Positions 9,165-18,670 of a stretch of DNA of 64,000 nt are shown in pieces. The stretch covers positions 94,985-158,984 of the forward strand of contig DVNJ01000001.1 of assembly GCA_018714485.1 (NCBI GenBank), in the 5' to 3' direction. The notes beneath the pieces were generated by a model, which was not told the DNA's origin, searched no databases, and was given only the letters and a program-made list of their open reading frames with translations. Positions within the stretch are counted from its first letter, which is position 1, and each line of letters begins with the position of its first letter. Source of the stretch: Candidatus Caccalectryoclostridium excrementigallinarum (GTDB lineage Bacteria; Bacillota; Clostridia; Christensenellales; UBA3700). A program made the position numbers and the translations under genes.

Positions 9165-10266
9165 ACTTCACTTCCACCTCGCCGCGATAATTTTCCGCGG
9201 CATAAAGCTGTTTTTCGCTCGTTATATCATTTATGGTAAACAAACGCGAAGAAAAAAGCAAGCGTTCGCCGGCAAAAACCTCGATCCTTCCCAGATCTTC
9301 GCCCGCTTCGAGCGGCAGCTTATGATCGCCGTCGGGAATAATTCGATAACTTAACGCGCTTATATCCGCCTTTTTTGCGGCAAAAGTCAGACCGCCGCGC
9401 ACGCCGACGGCAACGCCGTCCGCGGAAGAATAGAGCGTTTCGCCCTCATTGCAGCCGCGCACGGCGCAATATTCGTCAAAGGCGCGCTCCATATAGGCGG
9501 CGCAGTCGTTCCACATATCGTAATGGTTGAGCGCCACGCAGACAAGCTGCATCCCCTCGCGCTCGGCAGCCGCAACAAGACATCTGCCCGACTTTGTCGT
9601 ATATCCCGTCTTGATCCCGTTCGCTCCCTCGAAAGAAGAGAGCAGCTTGTTTTTGTTATACCAGACGCGCTGAGCGGTATGATCGCTCGCGGGGACGTCG
9701 AATCTCTTTGTCGAAACTATCTTTTTGAACACGGGATCGCTCATCGCCCGGCAGGCGATCAGTCCCAAGTCGCGCGCCGAGGTGAAATGATCGGGGTCGT
9801 GAAGCCCGTGAGGATTGGTGAAATGCGTGTTTTTCAAGCCGAGAGAGCGCGCTTCCTCGTTCATCATCTCAACGAAATCGTCCATATTTTTCCCGACGTG
9901 AAGCGCCAAGGCGACAGCGCTGTCGTTGCCCGAGCGCAGCATGAGGGCATATAAAAGCTGCTCCACGGTAAAATGCTCTCCTTCTCTCAAATAAACTGAC
10001 GAGCCTTCGATGCCCACGGCTTGCTTGGGTATTATGACCACTTCGCTCAAAGCGCACTTTTTCAGCGTCACGAGCGCAGTCATTATCTTTGTCGTGCTCG
10101 CCATGGGAAGGGGCGTATCGAGGTTTTTGCCCGCCAAGACCTGCCCGCTGCCTGCATACATCACCACATATGAAGAGCCTTGCTCGGCTGTCGATTTTTT
10201 ATCACTCAATATTATAAAAGTCGAGATAGTTATGAAAATAAGAATAATCGAGAATACTTTTAGCAA
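9100..10266 (-). CDS. dacB: D-alanyl-D-alanine carboxypeptidase (S11, DacB-like, sporulation context); start uncertain (TTG 10266)
   Basis: SxxK (ASTTK), SGN, NPHGL and KTG motifs; N-terminal signal/TM; ytfI-ytfJ-dacB-rluB synteny. Confidence 0.8.
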   Translation of the reverse strand: MLKVFSIILIFITISTFIILSDKKSTAEQGSSYVVMYAGSGQVLAGKNLDTPLPMASTTKIMTALVTLKKCALSEVVIIPKQAVGIEGSSVYLREGEHFTVEQLLYALMLRSGNDSAVALALHVGKNMDDFVEMMNEEARSLGLKNTHFTNPHGLHDPDHFTSARDLGLIACRAMSDPVFKKIVSTKRFDVPASDHTAQRVWYNKNKLLSSFEGANGIKTGYTTKSGRCLVAAAEREGMQLVCVALNHYDMWNDCAAYMERAFDEYCAVRGCNEGETLYSSADGVAVGVRGGLTFAAKKADISALSYRIIPDGDHKLPLEAGEDLGRIEVFAGERLLFSSRLFTINDITSEKQLYAAENYRGEVEVKYESEAEQISCKLRRGIPQGSR

Positions 10267-10268
10267 TA

Positions 10269-10625
10269 TTATGACTTTTTCATTGCGTTGAAAACCGCCT
10301 TTGCCAGATTCAGCCATTTGTTATCCTCCTTTTCGCCACTTTCGCTCACCGCCTTATATTCTCCCCTTTCCGCGATCAAAAAGCCGCAGGGCGTCAGCGT
10401 CACGCCTCCGCCGCTCAAGGCGGCAAAGGGGACGGTCAAACTCTTTTCTTCTTTTTTTTCGTATTCTCCCCCACCGTAGACAAAGCCGAGAGATACCTTG
10501 CAATAGGGAATGACGACGACGTCCTTGTCGAGCCTCACGGGTTCGCCGAGAATATTCCCTCCGCCCGAGAGCTTTTTTAAGTTCTCGAACGTTACACCCA
10601 TAATATCCATAATATTTTCATGCAT
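10269..10625 (-). CDS. ytfJ: GerW/YtfJ family spore protein
   Basis: ILGEPV...VVIPYCKVSLGFVYGGGEY...GGGVTLTPCGFL; ATG 10625 follows SD AGGAG. Confidence 0.85.
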   Translation of the reverse strand: MHENIMDIMGVTFENLKKLSGGGNILGEPVRLDKDVVVIPYCKVSLGFVYGGGEYEKKEEKSLTVPFAALSGGGVTLTPCGFLIAERGEYKAVSESGEKEDNKWLNLAKAVFNAMKKS

Positions 10626-11217
10626 ATCTTTTTTCTCCTTTACCCAACTTCTCTCCTCTTTTCGTCCTGCTCCCAAGCAGCATAAACATAGCTCGAATGA
10701 CAACTCCCCAACCCGCGACCACGCGCAAGTTTATCTTTACGTTCTCCGAACCGAAGTCCGGTTTGACGGCGATCTTCATCTCCCGCGCGTCGACATAGCG
10801 TTCTATCGCCGCTTTGAGCGCGTTCGATGCGAAAACACAGCCCGCGGCGGTCACGGCGGCGGGACCTATGCCCGCCGCCGCGTTCACGCTCAAGCTCCGA
10901 ACTTTCAGCCTTTTATGCGCGCCGCGAGTTTTTTGAGGCTCTTTTTCACCTTTTTTCCCGTTTTCTTCATTCTTGTCACCTTTTTTCTTTATTTTCAGCG
11001 GACGCAGCCCGCCTCCGTTGAATGCGTAATACAATCTGCCGTCGCTCTCGAAGAGCTTTACGCGCGCCGCAAGCACGCCCATGACCGTCAATGTCGCCGC
11101 GCCGCACCCGCGTGCGGGATCCGCGCTTATCTGTAAGCAAAATCCCGCGCATAAGATCGCCGCGAGAAATGCGGCAAGCAGTACGGCGGCGCCCGCCGCC
11201 CACCATAAAAATATCAT
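10618..11217 (-). CDS. YtfI/DUF2953-like protein
   Basis: Hydrophobic N-terminus, Lys-rich linker, GPAAVTAAGC and VKPDF; directly upstream of ytfJ. Confidence 0.65.
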   Translation of the reverse strand: MIFLWWAAGAAVLLAAFLAAILCAGFCLQISADPARGCGAATLTVMGVLAARVKLFESDGRLYYAFNGGGLRPLKIKKKGDKNEENGKKGEKEPQKTRGAHKRLKVRSLSVNAAAGIGPAAVTAAGCVFASNALKAAIERYVDAREMKIAVKPDFGSENVKINLRVVAGWGVVIRAMFMLLGSRTKRGEKLGKGEKRYA

Positions 11218-11222
11218 GTGCT

Positions 11223-11251
11223 TATTTTGTGGAGATAATATCAAATTATGA
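11223..11251 (-). promoter_or_regulatory. Forespore (sigmaG/F-like) promoter of the ytfI-like gene
   Basis: TCATA-17 nt-CAAAATA, then 5 nt, then ATG 11217. Confidence 0.55.
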
Positions 11252-11275
11252 AAAAGGCGGGTCGCCCCGCCGTTT
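11251..11275 (-). terminator. Rho-independent terminator after scpB
   Basis: Minus strand GGCGGG-GCGA-CCCGCC-TTTTT. Confidence 0.7.
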
Positions 11276-11339
11276 AATTATTCTATATGTCGAAAATCGT
11301 CGCAATAACGCCTATTTGACCGATCGTTTTCTCAAACTC

Positions 11340-12233
11340 TCATTCTTCATCATCATCGTCTTCGTCGAAAAATTCTTCGTCCTCGAAATCGTTCCCCGTG
11401 TCGATATCTTCCTCTTCGATCTCGTCCTCAGTCTCTTCGTCCGCGACCTCTTCGCGGTCGTTCTCCGCGACATCCTCGCCTTCGGCAATATCCGCAGCCG
11501 CCTCGCCGCTCACATATTCGACGTCTTCGCCCTTGAGGAAGTCGGGAAGCTCCTCGTCCTCGGCGAGCAGCTTGTCCAGCTGTTTCTCCTCGGCGTTGAG
11601 CGCGTCCGTGCCCTCATCGTCCGCGCCATAGACCTCGCCCGTGAAATCGTCGGCGAGATCCACTTCCCTGAACAGTTCTTCGCGCTTGACGTTGTATGTA
11701 CCCAGCTCGGCAAGACGCTTCATCACGTCCTTGTAATCGGGCAGGTCGTTGAGATTGCGCAAGCCGAATCTGCGCAAAAACTCGTTGGTCGTGACATAGA
11801 GCCACGGGCGCCCGGGCGTATTGCGGTGACCGCTCACGCGTATAAGTCCCGCGCGCGTCAAAGTGGTGAGCGCATAGTCTGCGCTCGTGTTGCCCCTGAT
11901 CTCCTCGATCTCGCCGCGCGTTATGGGCTGCTTGTAAGCTATGATGGCGAGAACTTGCAAAAGCGTGTCCGAAAGCGCCTTTTGACGAATGGGACGCAAG
12001 ACGTCCGAGACAACTTCGCCATAGGCGGGATTGGACGTGAACTGCACATAATCGTTAAATTCGACGAGCAAAATGCCTCTATCGCCCTTATATCGCTGCA
12101 TCAGGGCGCGAATGGCGTCGTTGAGCTGCTTGCGGGTGACGCCCTCGAGCTTGTCCAAGATCTCCTTGCGCTTTATCTCCGTGCCGGCGGAAAAGATTAT
12201 CGCTTCCACGGTTTGAATCAGGTTTTCCATCAC
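11340..12233 (-). CDS. scpB: SMC-Scp complex subunit ScpB with a long acidic tail
   Basis: Motifs VEAIIF, LAIIAYKQPITRGEIEEIRG and PGRPWLYVTTNEFLRRFGL..L.DLP. Confidence 0.92.
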   Translation of the reverse strand: MMENLIQTVEAIIFSAGTEIKRKEILDKLEGVTRKQLNDAIRALMQRYKGDRGILLVEFNDYVQFTSNPAYGEVVSDVLRPIRQKALSDTLLQVLAIIAYKQPITRGEIEEIRGNTSADYALTTLTRAGLIRVSGHRNTPGRPWLYVTTNEFLRRFGLRNLNDLPDYKDVMKRLAELGTYNVKREELFREVDLADDFTGEVYGADDEGTDALNAEEKQLDKLLAEDEELPDFLKGEDVEYVSGEAAADIAEGEDVAENDREEVADEETEDEIEEEDIDTGNDFEDEEFFDEDDDDEE

Positions 12234-13051
12234 TCGTCCTCCTCGGTCGTCGCAAGCTGACGCATATCTGCTTTTTCTATGTCGAAATTCTCGTCGAGCC
12301 TGATATAGATCTCGCCGAAAAGCTCCTTCTGTTCGGCTTTCGCCACCTGCTTTTTCATCAATTCGAGCAGCGCAGAAAAAGTGGCGATAACTTCGCTCTT
12401 GTCGAAAACCGAAGTGAAAAGCTCGGAAAATTCCACGCTCTTTTTTTCCGCGAGCACGGTCGTTATGTAGACTATCTTTTCCGCGACCGTATAAGTGTCG
12501 CGCGCTATCTTTTTCGTTGAAGTCTTTCTGTCCTCGTCGCTGAAATTGAACAATATTTTGCCGTATGCGTCGATAAGGCTGTCCAAATTAAAGCTCTTGA
12601 TGACGATCTTCGCGTCCTCGTCCGTATAAACAGGCTCGCGCGTGAAACGATTGGTCGTCTCCAAGGATCGTAGCTGCAACGACTGTTGCTTGAAGATCTC
12701 ATATAAGCGCAGCTGAAATTCCAGCCTTTCGCGCGGATCTTCCTGCCATTCGTCGCCGTCGTCCATAAAGGCTTCTTCTTCCGCGGGCGGCAGCACGGAA
12801 CGGGACTTTATCTCCAAAAGCGTCGCCGCCATCGCCAAAAAGTCCGCCGCAACGTCCATGTCGAGCGTGTCTATCTCGCGCATATATTCCATATACTGTC
12901 CCGTTATCTCCGAGATGGGGAAGTTGTCTATCTGATATTCCCCTTCGACGATGAGCGTATAAAGCAGCGCGATCGGACCCTCGAATTCAAATTCCGAGAG
13001 CGAAAATTTCAGCTTGTCGCTCGCATGATATTCAAAAGCCTGCGCCGCCAT
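12230..13051 (-). CDS. scpA: Segregation and condensation protein ScpA
   Basis: Motifs FEGPIALL, FLAMAATLLEIKSRSVLP and IATFSALLELMK. Confidence 0.9.
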   Translation of the reverse strand: MAAQAFEYHASDKLKFSLSEFEFEGPIALLYTLIVEGEYQIDNFPISEITGQYMEYMREIDTLDMDVAADFLAMAATLLEIKSRSVLPPAEEEAFMDDGDEWQEDPRERLEFQLRLYEIFKQQSLQLRSLETTNRFTREPVYTDEDAKIVIKSFNLDSLIDAYGKILFNFSDEDRKTSTKKIARDTYTVAEKIVYITTVLAEKKSVEFSELFTSVFDKSEVIATFSALLELMKKQVAKAEQKELFGEIYIRLDENFDIEKADMRQLATTEEDE

Positions 13052-13818
13052 CACGCCCCTCCCACGATAGCGCTCTGCACTACCTCGATCAGATCGATGA
13101 AAAGCCCCTGCCAACGCGAGAAGATGTCGATGTTCACGCCGATGTAACTCGCGATATATCCGAACACGGTGAATATCAAAATAACGCCTATGAGCAGAAA
13201 ATTGCCGTAACGATAGTTAAATCTCACAAAGGCGTTGTCGGGCTTTGCCAGCGTTTCCACCACGCGGAAACCGTCGAGCGGATAAAGCGGCACGAGATTG
13301 AAGAGAAAGAGCGTCATGTTGACGGTTACGCCGTATGTGCACCAATAATAGAAAAAGCGGTAGGCGTTGTAAGCGGCGGCGGGCTGAGTATATATGCCCA
13401 CGCCGTTTGCCGTGGCGACCAGCGTACCCGAAGAGGCGAAGATAGCCGTCAGCGCGCAGAGCGAGACAAAGGCGATGAGCGCCATGATGAGATTTGCGGT
13501 GACGCCCGCGAGCGCGGTCGTGAGCATGCCTTTTTTGTAATTGCGGAAATTGCGCGAATCCACGGGTACGGGTTTTGCCCAACCGAAGCCCACGACGAGC
13601 ATCATGATCGTGCCGAGAATGTCGAAATGCTTGCGCGGATCGAGCGTGAGCCTGCCCGCGAGTTTCGCCGTAAAGTCGCCGTTGAGATACGCCACCCAGC
13701 CGTGCGCCAACTCGTGCATCATGATGGCGGGCAATATGGTCAAAATGAGCGCCAAAAGCATGAGCAGCGCGCCCGCCCAATCAGATCTCAATCCGTTTAT
13801 GACTTGATATATCAGCAC
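13051..13818 (-). CDS. Site-2 protease family (M50) membrane metalloprotease
   Basis: HELAH zinc motif, GFGWAKPVPV and FNLVPLYPLDG. Confidence 0.92.
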   Translation of the reverse strand: MLIYQVINGLRSDWAGALLMLLALILTILPAIMMHELAHGWVAYLNGDFTAKLAGRLTLDPRKHFDILGTIMMLVVGFGWAKPVPVDSRNFRNYKKGMLTTALAGVTANLIMALIAFVSLCALTAIFASSGTLVATANGVGIYTQPAAAYNAYRFFYYWCTYGVTVNMTLFLFNLVPLYPLDGFRVVETLAKPDNAFVRFNYRYGNFLLIGVILIFTVFGYIASYIGVNIDIFSRWQGLFIDLIEVVQSAIVGGA

Positions 13819-13821
13819 TTT

Positions 13822-15147
13822 TTACTCCGTTTGAGGGATCGCGTCCAGCCGCGCGATGTCCTCATAAGTCTGCGGCTTTACGGCATAACCGCTCTTGCCT
13901 CCGCGCACGAAGACGACGGGCGGCACGGCGTTGCGGTTATAATTGCTCGCCATGGAATAGCAATATGCGCCCGTGGTGAAAACGGCGATGAGATCTCCCC
14001 TCTTCGCCTCGGGCAGGCATATATCCTTTATTATTATATCCCCGCTCTCGCAGCACTTGCCCGCGATAGAAACTTTTTCTTTCGCTTCATCATTTGCCCT
14101 GTTTGCCAGAATAGCTTCGTATTTTGCTTCATAGAGCGCGGGGCGGATATTGTCCGTCATACCTCCGTCGACCGCGACATATTTTCTCACGCCGGGAATA
14201 TCCTTGACGGCGCCGACGGAATAGAGCGTAACGCCCGCTTCGCCCACGACGGCGCGCCCCGGTTCGATGACGAAAAAGGGCTTTTTCAGATTTTTACGTT
14301 CCACGCATTCGCACAAAGTGCGGGTGAGCAGGCTGACATAGTCGCAATATTCGTCCACGTTGTATTTGGGATCCTCTTCCGTGTAATGAACGCCGAAGCC
14401 GCCGCCCATATTGAGCGTTTCGACCTCGATGCCCTCGCCCGCCAGCTCGCGCATATAATCGGTCATCACGTCCACGGCGAGCGCAAAAGCGGAACGGTCG
14501 AAGATCTGCGAACCGATATGGCAATGCAGTCCGGAAAAATGCAAGTTCTTGCGCGACAAAACGTCTTTTATCGCCGCCGTCGCCGCGCCGCTGCTCACGG
14601 AAAATCCGAACTTGGAATCCACTTTCGCCGTCTGGATATAAGAATGCGTATGCGCTTCCACGCCGGGATTCACCCTCACGAGCACATTTTGCACCCTCTC
14701 GAAGCGCCGCGCAAGCGTGTCTATCCTTTCCGCATCGTCGGCGGCGTCGATGACTATCGTGCCTACGCCCGTGCGCATGGCAAGCTCGAGTTCGCCGTCC
14801 GTCTTGTTGTTGCCGTGAAAGAACGCTCCGCTCATGTCAAAGCCGACGCTCGCGGCGGTATAGATCTCTCCGCCCGAGACCACGTCGATGAAGGTCTTTT
14901 CCTGCTTCATCACGTTGTAGATCGCCTTGCAGGAAAAAGCCTTGGACGCATAAGCCATATTGCCGCTGCCGTATGTCTTTTCTATCGTCTGCTTAAAGGC
15001 GCGGCAGACGGAACGGACATACTCTTCGTCCATGACGTAAAGCGGAGTCCCGTATTGCCTTGCCAGCTCGACGCAGTCGCAGCCGCCTATTTCCAAGTGC
15101 CCTGCCGCATTTATTTTCATCGTATCTCTGTAATTCATTTTCTTCAC
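13822..15147 (-). CDS. lysA: Diaminopimelate decarboxylase
   Basis: Motifs YGTPLYV, YASKAF (PLP lysine), HCHIGSQI, EPGR and CESGD. Confidence 0.95.
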   Translation of the reverse strand: MKKMNYRDTMKINAAGHLEIGGCDCVELARQYGTPLYVMDEEYVRSVCRAFKQTIEKTYGSGNMAYASKAFSCKAIYNVMKQEKTFIDVVSGGEIYTAASVGFDMSGAFFHGNNKTDGELELAMRTGVGTIVIDAADDAERIDTLARRFERVQNVLVRVNPGVEAHTHSYIQTAKVDSKFGFSVSSGAATAAIKDVLSRKNLHFSGLHCHIGSQIFDRSAFALAVDVMTDYMRELAGEGIEVETLNMGGGFGVHYTEEDPKYNVDEYCDYVSLLTRTLCECVERKNLKKPFFVIEPGRAVVGEAGVTLYSVGAVKDIPGVRKYVAVDGGMTDNIRPALYEAKYEAILANRANDEAKEKVSIAGKCCESGDIIIKDICLPEAKRGDLIAVFTTGAYCYSMASNYNRNAVPPVVFVRGGKSGYAVKPQTYEDIARLDAIPQTE

Positions 15148-15331
15148 CTGCTCGTAAATTAAAGTTATTATATCATACGCCCGCCCGCCTTGTCAAAATA
15201 TTGCCCGCGCGCATTTTATATATTTTTGTAAAGAGCGCCGCCTTCCCTCATTGTTGACACAGATATTCATATTATGTTATCATTATCTTATCAAAATCAA
15301 AAGCTGAAGCGCTTTGGCGCGGGAGGAAAAT

Positions 15332-16249
15332 ATGCTCGACAAACTTCTTTCTATGACCATAGACTTGATCAGTCACGAAAAGACGACGGCGGGAGCGATC
15401 GCCGCACGCCTTGAACTTTCCGTGCGCACGGTCTATCGCTACTTGGACGTTTTGAGCGCCGCGGGCATTCCCGTCTATACGCAGAAAGGGCGCGGCGGCG
15501 GCATCATGGTAGGAAGCGAATTCAGGCTCCCCGCGACTTTTCTCACCCGCGAAGAGCTGGACATGACCATCGCCGCCCTCTCCGAGCAAAAAGACCTCAA
15601 CGCCGCCGTTTCCGCGCGCGACAAGCTCCTGACGATGAAAAAGCGCCGCCCCGCGGACGTGACGCAATATTATAACGAAAGCTTCGTTGTGGAAAACAGC
15701 GACGCGAACAGCAACGCCGCACTCGCCGACAAGATAAACACCATCGTCGAGAGCAAGCGCAATCGCCGCACGCTGCGCATTTGTTACCATAGCTATTCGG
15801 GCGAAAAGACGACGCGCGACATAGACCCTTATTATCTCGTCTATCACGACGGCAGCTGGTACGTCAACGCCTTTTGCCATTTGCGCAAGCAGATGCGCCT
15901 TTTCAAGATCGCGCGCATCACTCACCTCACCTATACGGGCGGCGTCTTCCTGCCCGTGAGCAAGCAGAAAACTTACACTTTCGATCTCGAACCGCGCCCG
16001 CAGCAGACCGACTTGGTCATGACCGTAACGCCCGAGGGCAGATACGAAGCGGAGGATTGGCTGGGCGTGGAAAACGTCAAGCCCGCCGAAGACGGCGTCA
16101 ACTTCCTCGCCGCGGGGAGCGTCCCCGTCAATGAGGAAACTTTCGCCAAAATAGTCAAATTCGGCAAAAACGCCAAGGTGATCTCTCCAGCGTCCGTGAG
16201 GGACGCCGTCAAGAAAATGTGCCTTTCCTGCCTCGAAGTCAACGGCTGA
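15332..16249 (+). CDS. HTH-WYL-WCX transcriptional regulator (YafY/PafBC family)
   Basis: HTH LELSVRTVYRYLDVLSAAGIPV..GRGGGI; WYL domain SWYVNAFCHLRKQMRLFKIARI; SD GGAGG. Confidence 0.9.
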   Translation: MLDKLLSMTIDLISHEKTTAGAIAARLELSVRTVYRYLDVLSAAGIPVYTQKGRGGGIMVGSEFRLPATFLTREELDMTIAALSEQKDLNAAVSARDKLLTMKKRRPADVTQYYNESFVVENSDANSNAALADKINTIVESKRNRRTLRICYHSYSGEKTTRDIDPYYLVYHDGSWYVNAFCHLRKQMRLFKIARITHLTYTGGVFLPVSKQKTYTFDLEPRPQQTDLVMTVTPEGRYEAEDWLGVENVKPAEDGVNFLAAGSVPVNEETFAKIVKFGKNAKVISPASVRDAVKKMCLSCLEVNG

Positions 16250-16264
16250 GTCGGCAGATAAACG

Positions 16265-16293
16265 AAAAAAAGACGGCGCGAGCCGTCTTTTTT
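16265..16293. terminator. Bidirectional terminator between the WYL gene and icd
   Basis: A-tract-GACGGC-GCGA-GCCGTC-T-tract between convergent genes. Confidence 0.85.
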
Positions 16294-16311
16294 ATCACTT
16301 TACCGCTTTTG

Positions 16312-17511
16312 TCAAAGCTTTTCGGCTATCTTTTTGATGAAGTCTTCCGTGTTGAGCTTGACGGCAGGCTTGTCGCTTTCAAAGAGCGGCACGAGGTCGC
16401 CCGTCATGAAACCGCTCTCGATCGTCTCGATCGTCGCCTTCTCGAGCTTTTCGGCAAATTCGACGAGAGGCGCGTTTTTATCCAACTCTCCCCTCTTGCG
16501 CAAAGCGCCCGACCAGGCGAAGATGGTGGCGACGGGATTGGTGGAAGTGGTTTCGCCTTTGAGATATTTGTAATAATGGCGGGTGACAGTTCCGTGCGCG
16601 GCTTCGTATTCGTAATTGCCGTCGGGGGAAACGAGCACGGACGTCATCATGGCGAGCGAGCCGTAAGCGGTGGCGACCATGTCGCTCATCACGTCGCCGT
16701 CGTAATTCTTGCAAGCCCAGATAAAGCCGCCGCTCGAACGCATGACGCGCGCCACGGCGTCGTCGATGAGCGTATAGAAATATTCTATGCCCGCCTTTTC
16801 GAACTTTTCCTTATATTCGTTTTCGTAGATCTCGGCAAAGATGTCCTTAAAGGTGTGGTCGTAAGTCTTGGAGATGGTGTCCTTGGTGGCGAACCATACG
16901 TCCTGCCTGACGTCGAGCGCGTAATTGAAGCAGCAGCGCGCGAAGCTCGCGATGCTCTTTTCGGTGTTATGCATGCCGAGCACAATGCCGCCGCTTGCGG
17001 AAAAATCGAAGATCTCGATCTCGCGCCTGCCCTTTTCGTCTTCGATCACGAGCTTTGCCTTTCCGCCCTTGCTCACCTTGCTCTCCACGTCGCGGTAGAT
17101 GTCGCCGTAAGCATGCCTTGCCATGGTGATGGGGCTTGTCCAGCCGGGAACGTAAGGCTTGATGCCCTTGACGAGAATGGGCGCGCGGAAGACCGTTCCG
17201 TCCAAGACCGCCCTGATCGTGCCGTTGGGGCTTTTCCACATACAGGAAAGGTTATATTCCTCCACGCGCTGGGCGTTGGGGGTTATCGTGGCGCATTTCA
17301 CGCCGACGCCGTATTTTTTGATAGCTAAGGCGGCTTGCGTCGTCACTTCGTCCTTGGTCTCTTCGCGGTGGACAAGTCCGAGGTCGTAATACTCGCAGTT
17401 CAATTCCACATAGGGCTTTATCAGAATGTCTTTGATCTGCTGCCAGATGACGCGGGTCATCTCGTCGCCGTCCATTTCCACGAGCGGAACGCTCATTTTG
17501 ATCTTTTCCAT
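16312..17511 (-). CDS. icd: NADP-dependent isocitrate dehydrogenase (subfamily II)
   Basis: Motifs MDGDEMTR, KCATITP, WKSPNGTIR, NYDGDVMSD and EAAHGTVTRHY. Confidence 0.95.
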   Translation of the reverse strand: MEKIKMSVPLVEMDGDEMTRVIWQQIKDILIKPYVELNCEYYDLGLVHREETKDEVTTQAALAIKKYGVGVKCATITPNAQRVEEYNLSCMWKSPNGTIRAVLDGTVFRAPILVKGIKPYVPGWTSPITMARHAYGDIYRDVESKVSKGGKAKLVIEDEKGRREIEIFDFSASGGIVLGMHNTEKSIASFARCCFNYALDVRQDVWFATKDTISKTYDHTFKDIFAEIYENEYKEKFEKAGIEYFYTLIDDAVARVMRSSGGFIWACKNYDGDVMSDMVATAYGSLAMMTSVLVSPDGNYEYEAAHGTVTRHYYKYLKGETTSTNPVATIFAWSGALRKRGELDKNAPLVEFAEKLEKATIETIESGFMTGDLVPLFESDKPAVKLNTEDFIKKIAEKL

Positions 17512-17542
17512 AGTTGTCTCCGTAAATTTGATACAGACAATA

Positions 17543-18658
17543 TTATATATGTCCGCCGCCCGTTTTGCAAGCGTTTACGCCTTGAGAATAAAGCCTGAGC
17601 ACGTTTGAGGAAAATTCGCCGCGCCGCTCCCCCGTGTCCGCGCATGCCTCTTCGATGAGAATGTCCATCAACCGACAGCCGTCTATGCCCTTGTCCGTGA
17701 AGAGATAATCCGCGAGCGAGCCGGGAACGGTGTTGGCTTCGTTGAGATATATCTTCCCGCCTTTGTCGATGAGAAAGTCAAAGCGCACCACTCCCCTCAT
17801 TTCCAGCTCCTTATAGGCAGTTGCTGCGGCGTTTTGCACGGCGGCGCAGCTTTCTTCCGATAACTTCGCGGGAAACTCCCTGCCGCACGCGCTCATCTTG
17901 CCGCCCGAGAGATATTTGTCCTCATAGGTCAGTATCTCGCTCCTGCTCAGCGGTCTTTCGGGCGAAGAGACGATGATCTCGCCGCGGCTTTTGACGCAGG
18001 CGCAGTTGATCTCGGTGAAATCTTCCAGCGCGCGCTCGATGAGTACGAGCGGATCGAACTCAAACGCGACCGCGAGCGCTTCGTCAAGCTCGCTTTCGCT
18101 GCGCGCCACGCCTATGCCTATGGACGAGCCTTGACGCGCGGGCTTGACGATGACGGGATAACCTATCTCTTTTGCGTATGCGTGCGCCTGCTCTTCGCCG
18201 CCGCGCTCCACCTTTGCCGCCGAAAGCACGTCTATGCCCAAAGAGGCGAAAACGCTCTTTGAAGTTATCTTGTTCATGCAGACGGCGGACGCCTCCACCC
18301 CGGGCGAGGTATAAGGAATGCCGCAAAGCTGCAAAAAGCCCTGCAAGACGCCGTTTTCCCCTTCGGCGCCGTGAGCGCAGATGAGCGCGCAGTCTATCTT
18401 CGCTATCCTGCGAACGAAACTCCCGCCCCGACAAAGATCTCTGCCCCTGAAAAATACGGGCGCGCCGATGATTTTTTCCGTGATATATGTCTGTATGTCC
18501 TCGGCATTATGCGGCATGAGCATGCCGCCGCTCTCTTTGAGCATGACGGGATATATCTCGTATTTCGTTTTATCGAGCTTTTCCATTGCCTGCAACGCCG
18601 TTATCACGGAAACGTCTCTTTCGCACGAGCTTCCGCCATAGATCACCGCAATATTCAT
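17543..18658 (-). CDS. ddl: D-alanine--D-alanine ligase
   Basis: Motifs GGSSCERDVS, HGAEGENG, KPARQGSSIGI, YEDKY and NEANTVPG. Confidence 0.9.
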   Translation of the reverse strand: MNIAVIYGGSSCERDVSVITALQAMEKLDKTKYEIYPVMLKESGGMLMPHNAEDIQTYITEKIIGAPVFFRGRDLCRGGSFVRRIAKIDCALICAHGAEGENGVLQGFLQLCGIPYTSPGVEASAVCMNKITSKSVFASLGIDVLSAAKVERGGEEQAHAYAKEIGYPVIVKPARQGSSIGIGVARSESELDEALAVAFEFDPLVLIERALEDFTEINCACVKSRGEIIVSSPERPLSRSEILTYEDKYLSGGKMSACGREFPAKLSEESCAAVQNAAATAYKELEMRGVVRFDFLIDKGGKIYLNEANTVPGSLADYLFTDKGIDGCRLMDILIEEACADTGERRGEFSSNVLRLYSQGVNACKTGGGHI

Positions 18659-18670
18659 AGTTCCCTCCCG

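Noticed and set aside
17543-18658. Possible Van-type (D-Ala-D-Lac) ligase
   Set aside because: The omega loop keeps Tyr (YEDKY) and no vanH, vanX or vanRS genes are nearby.
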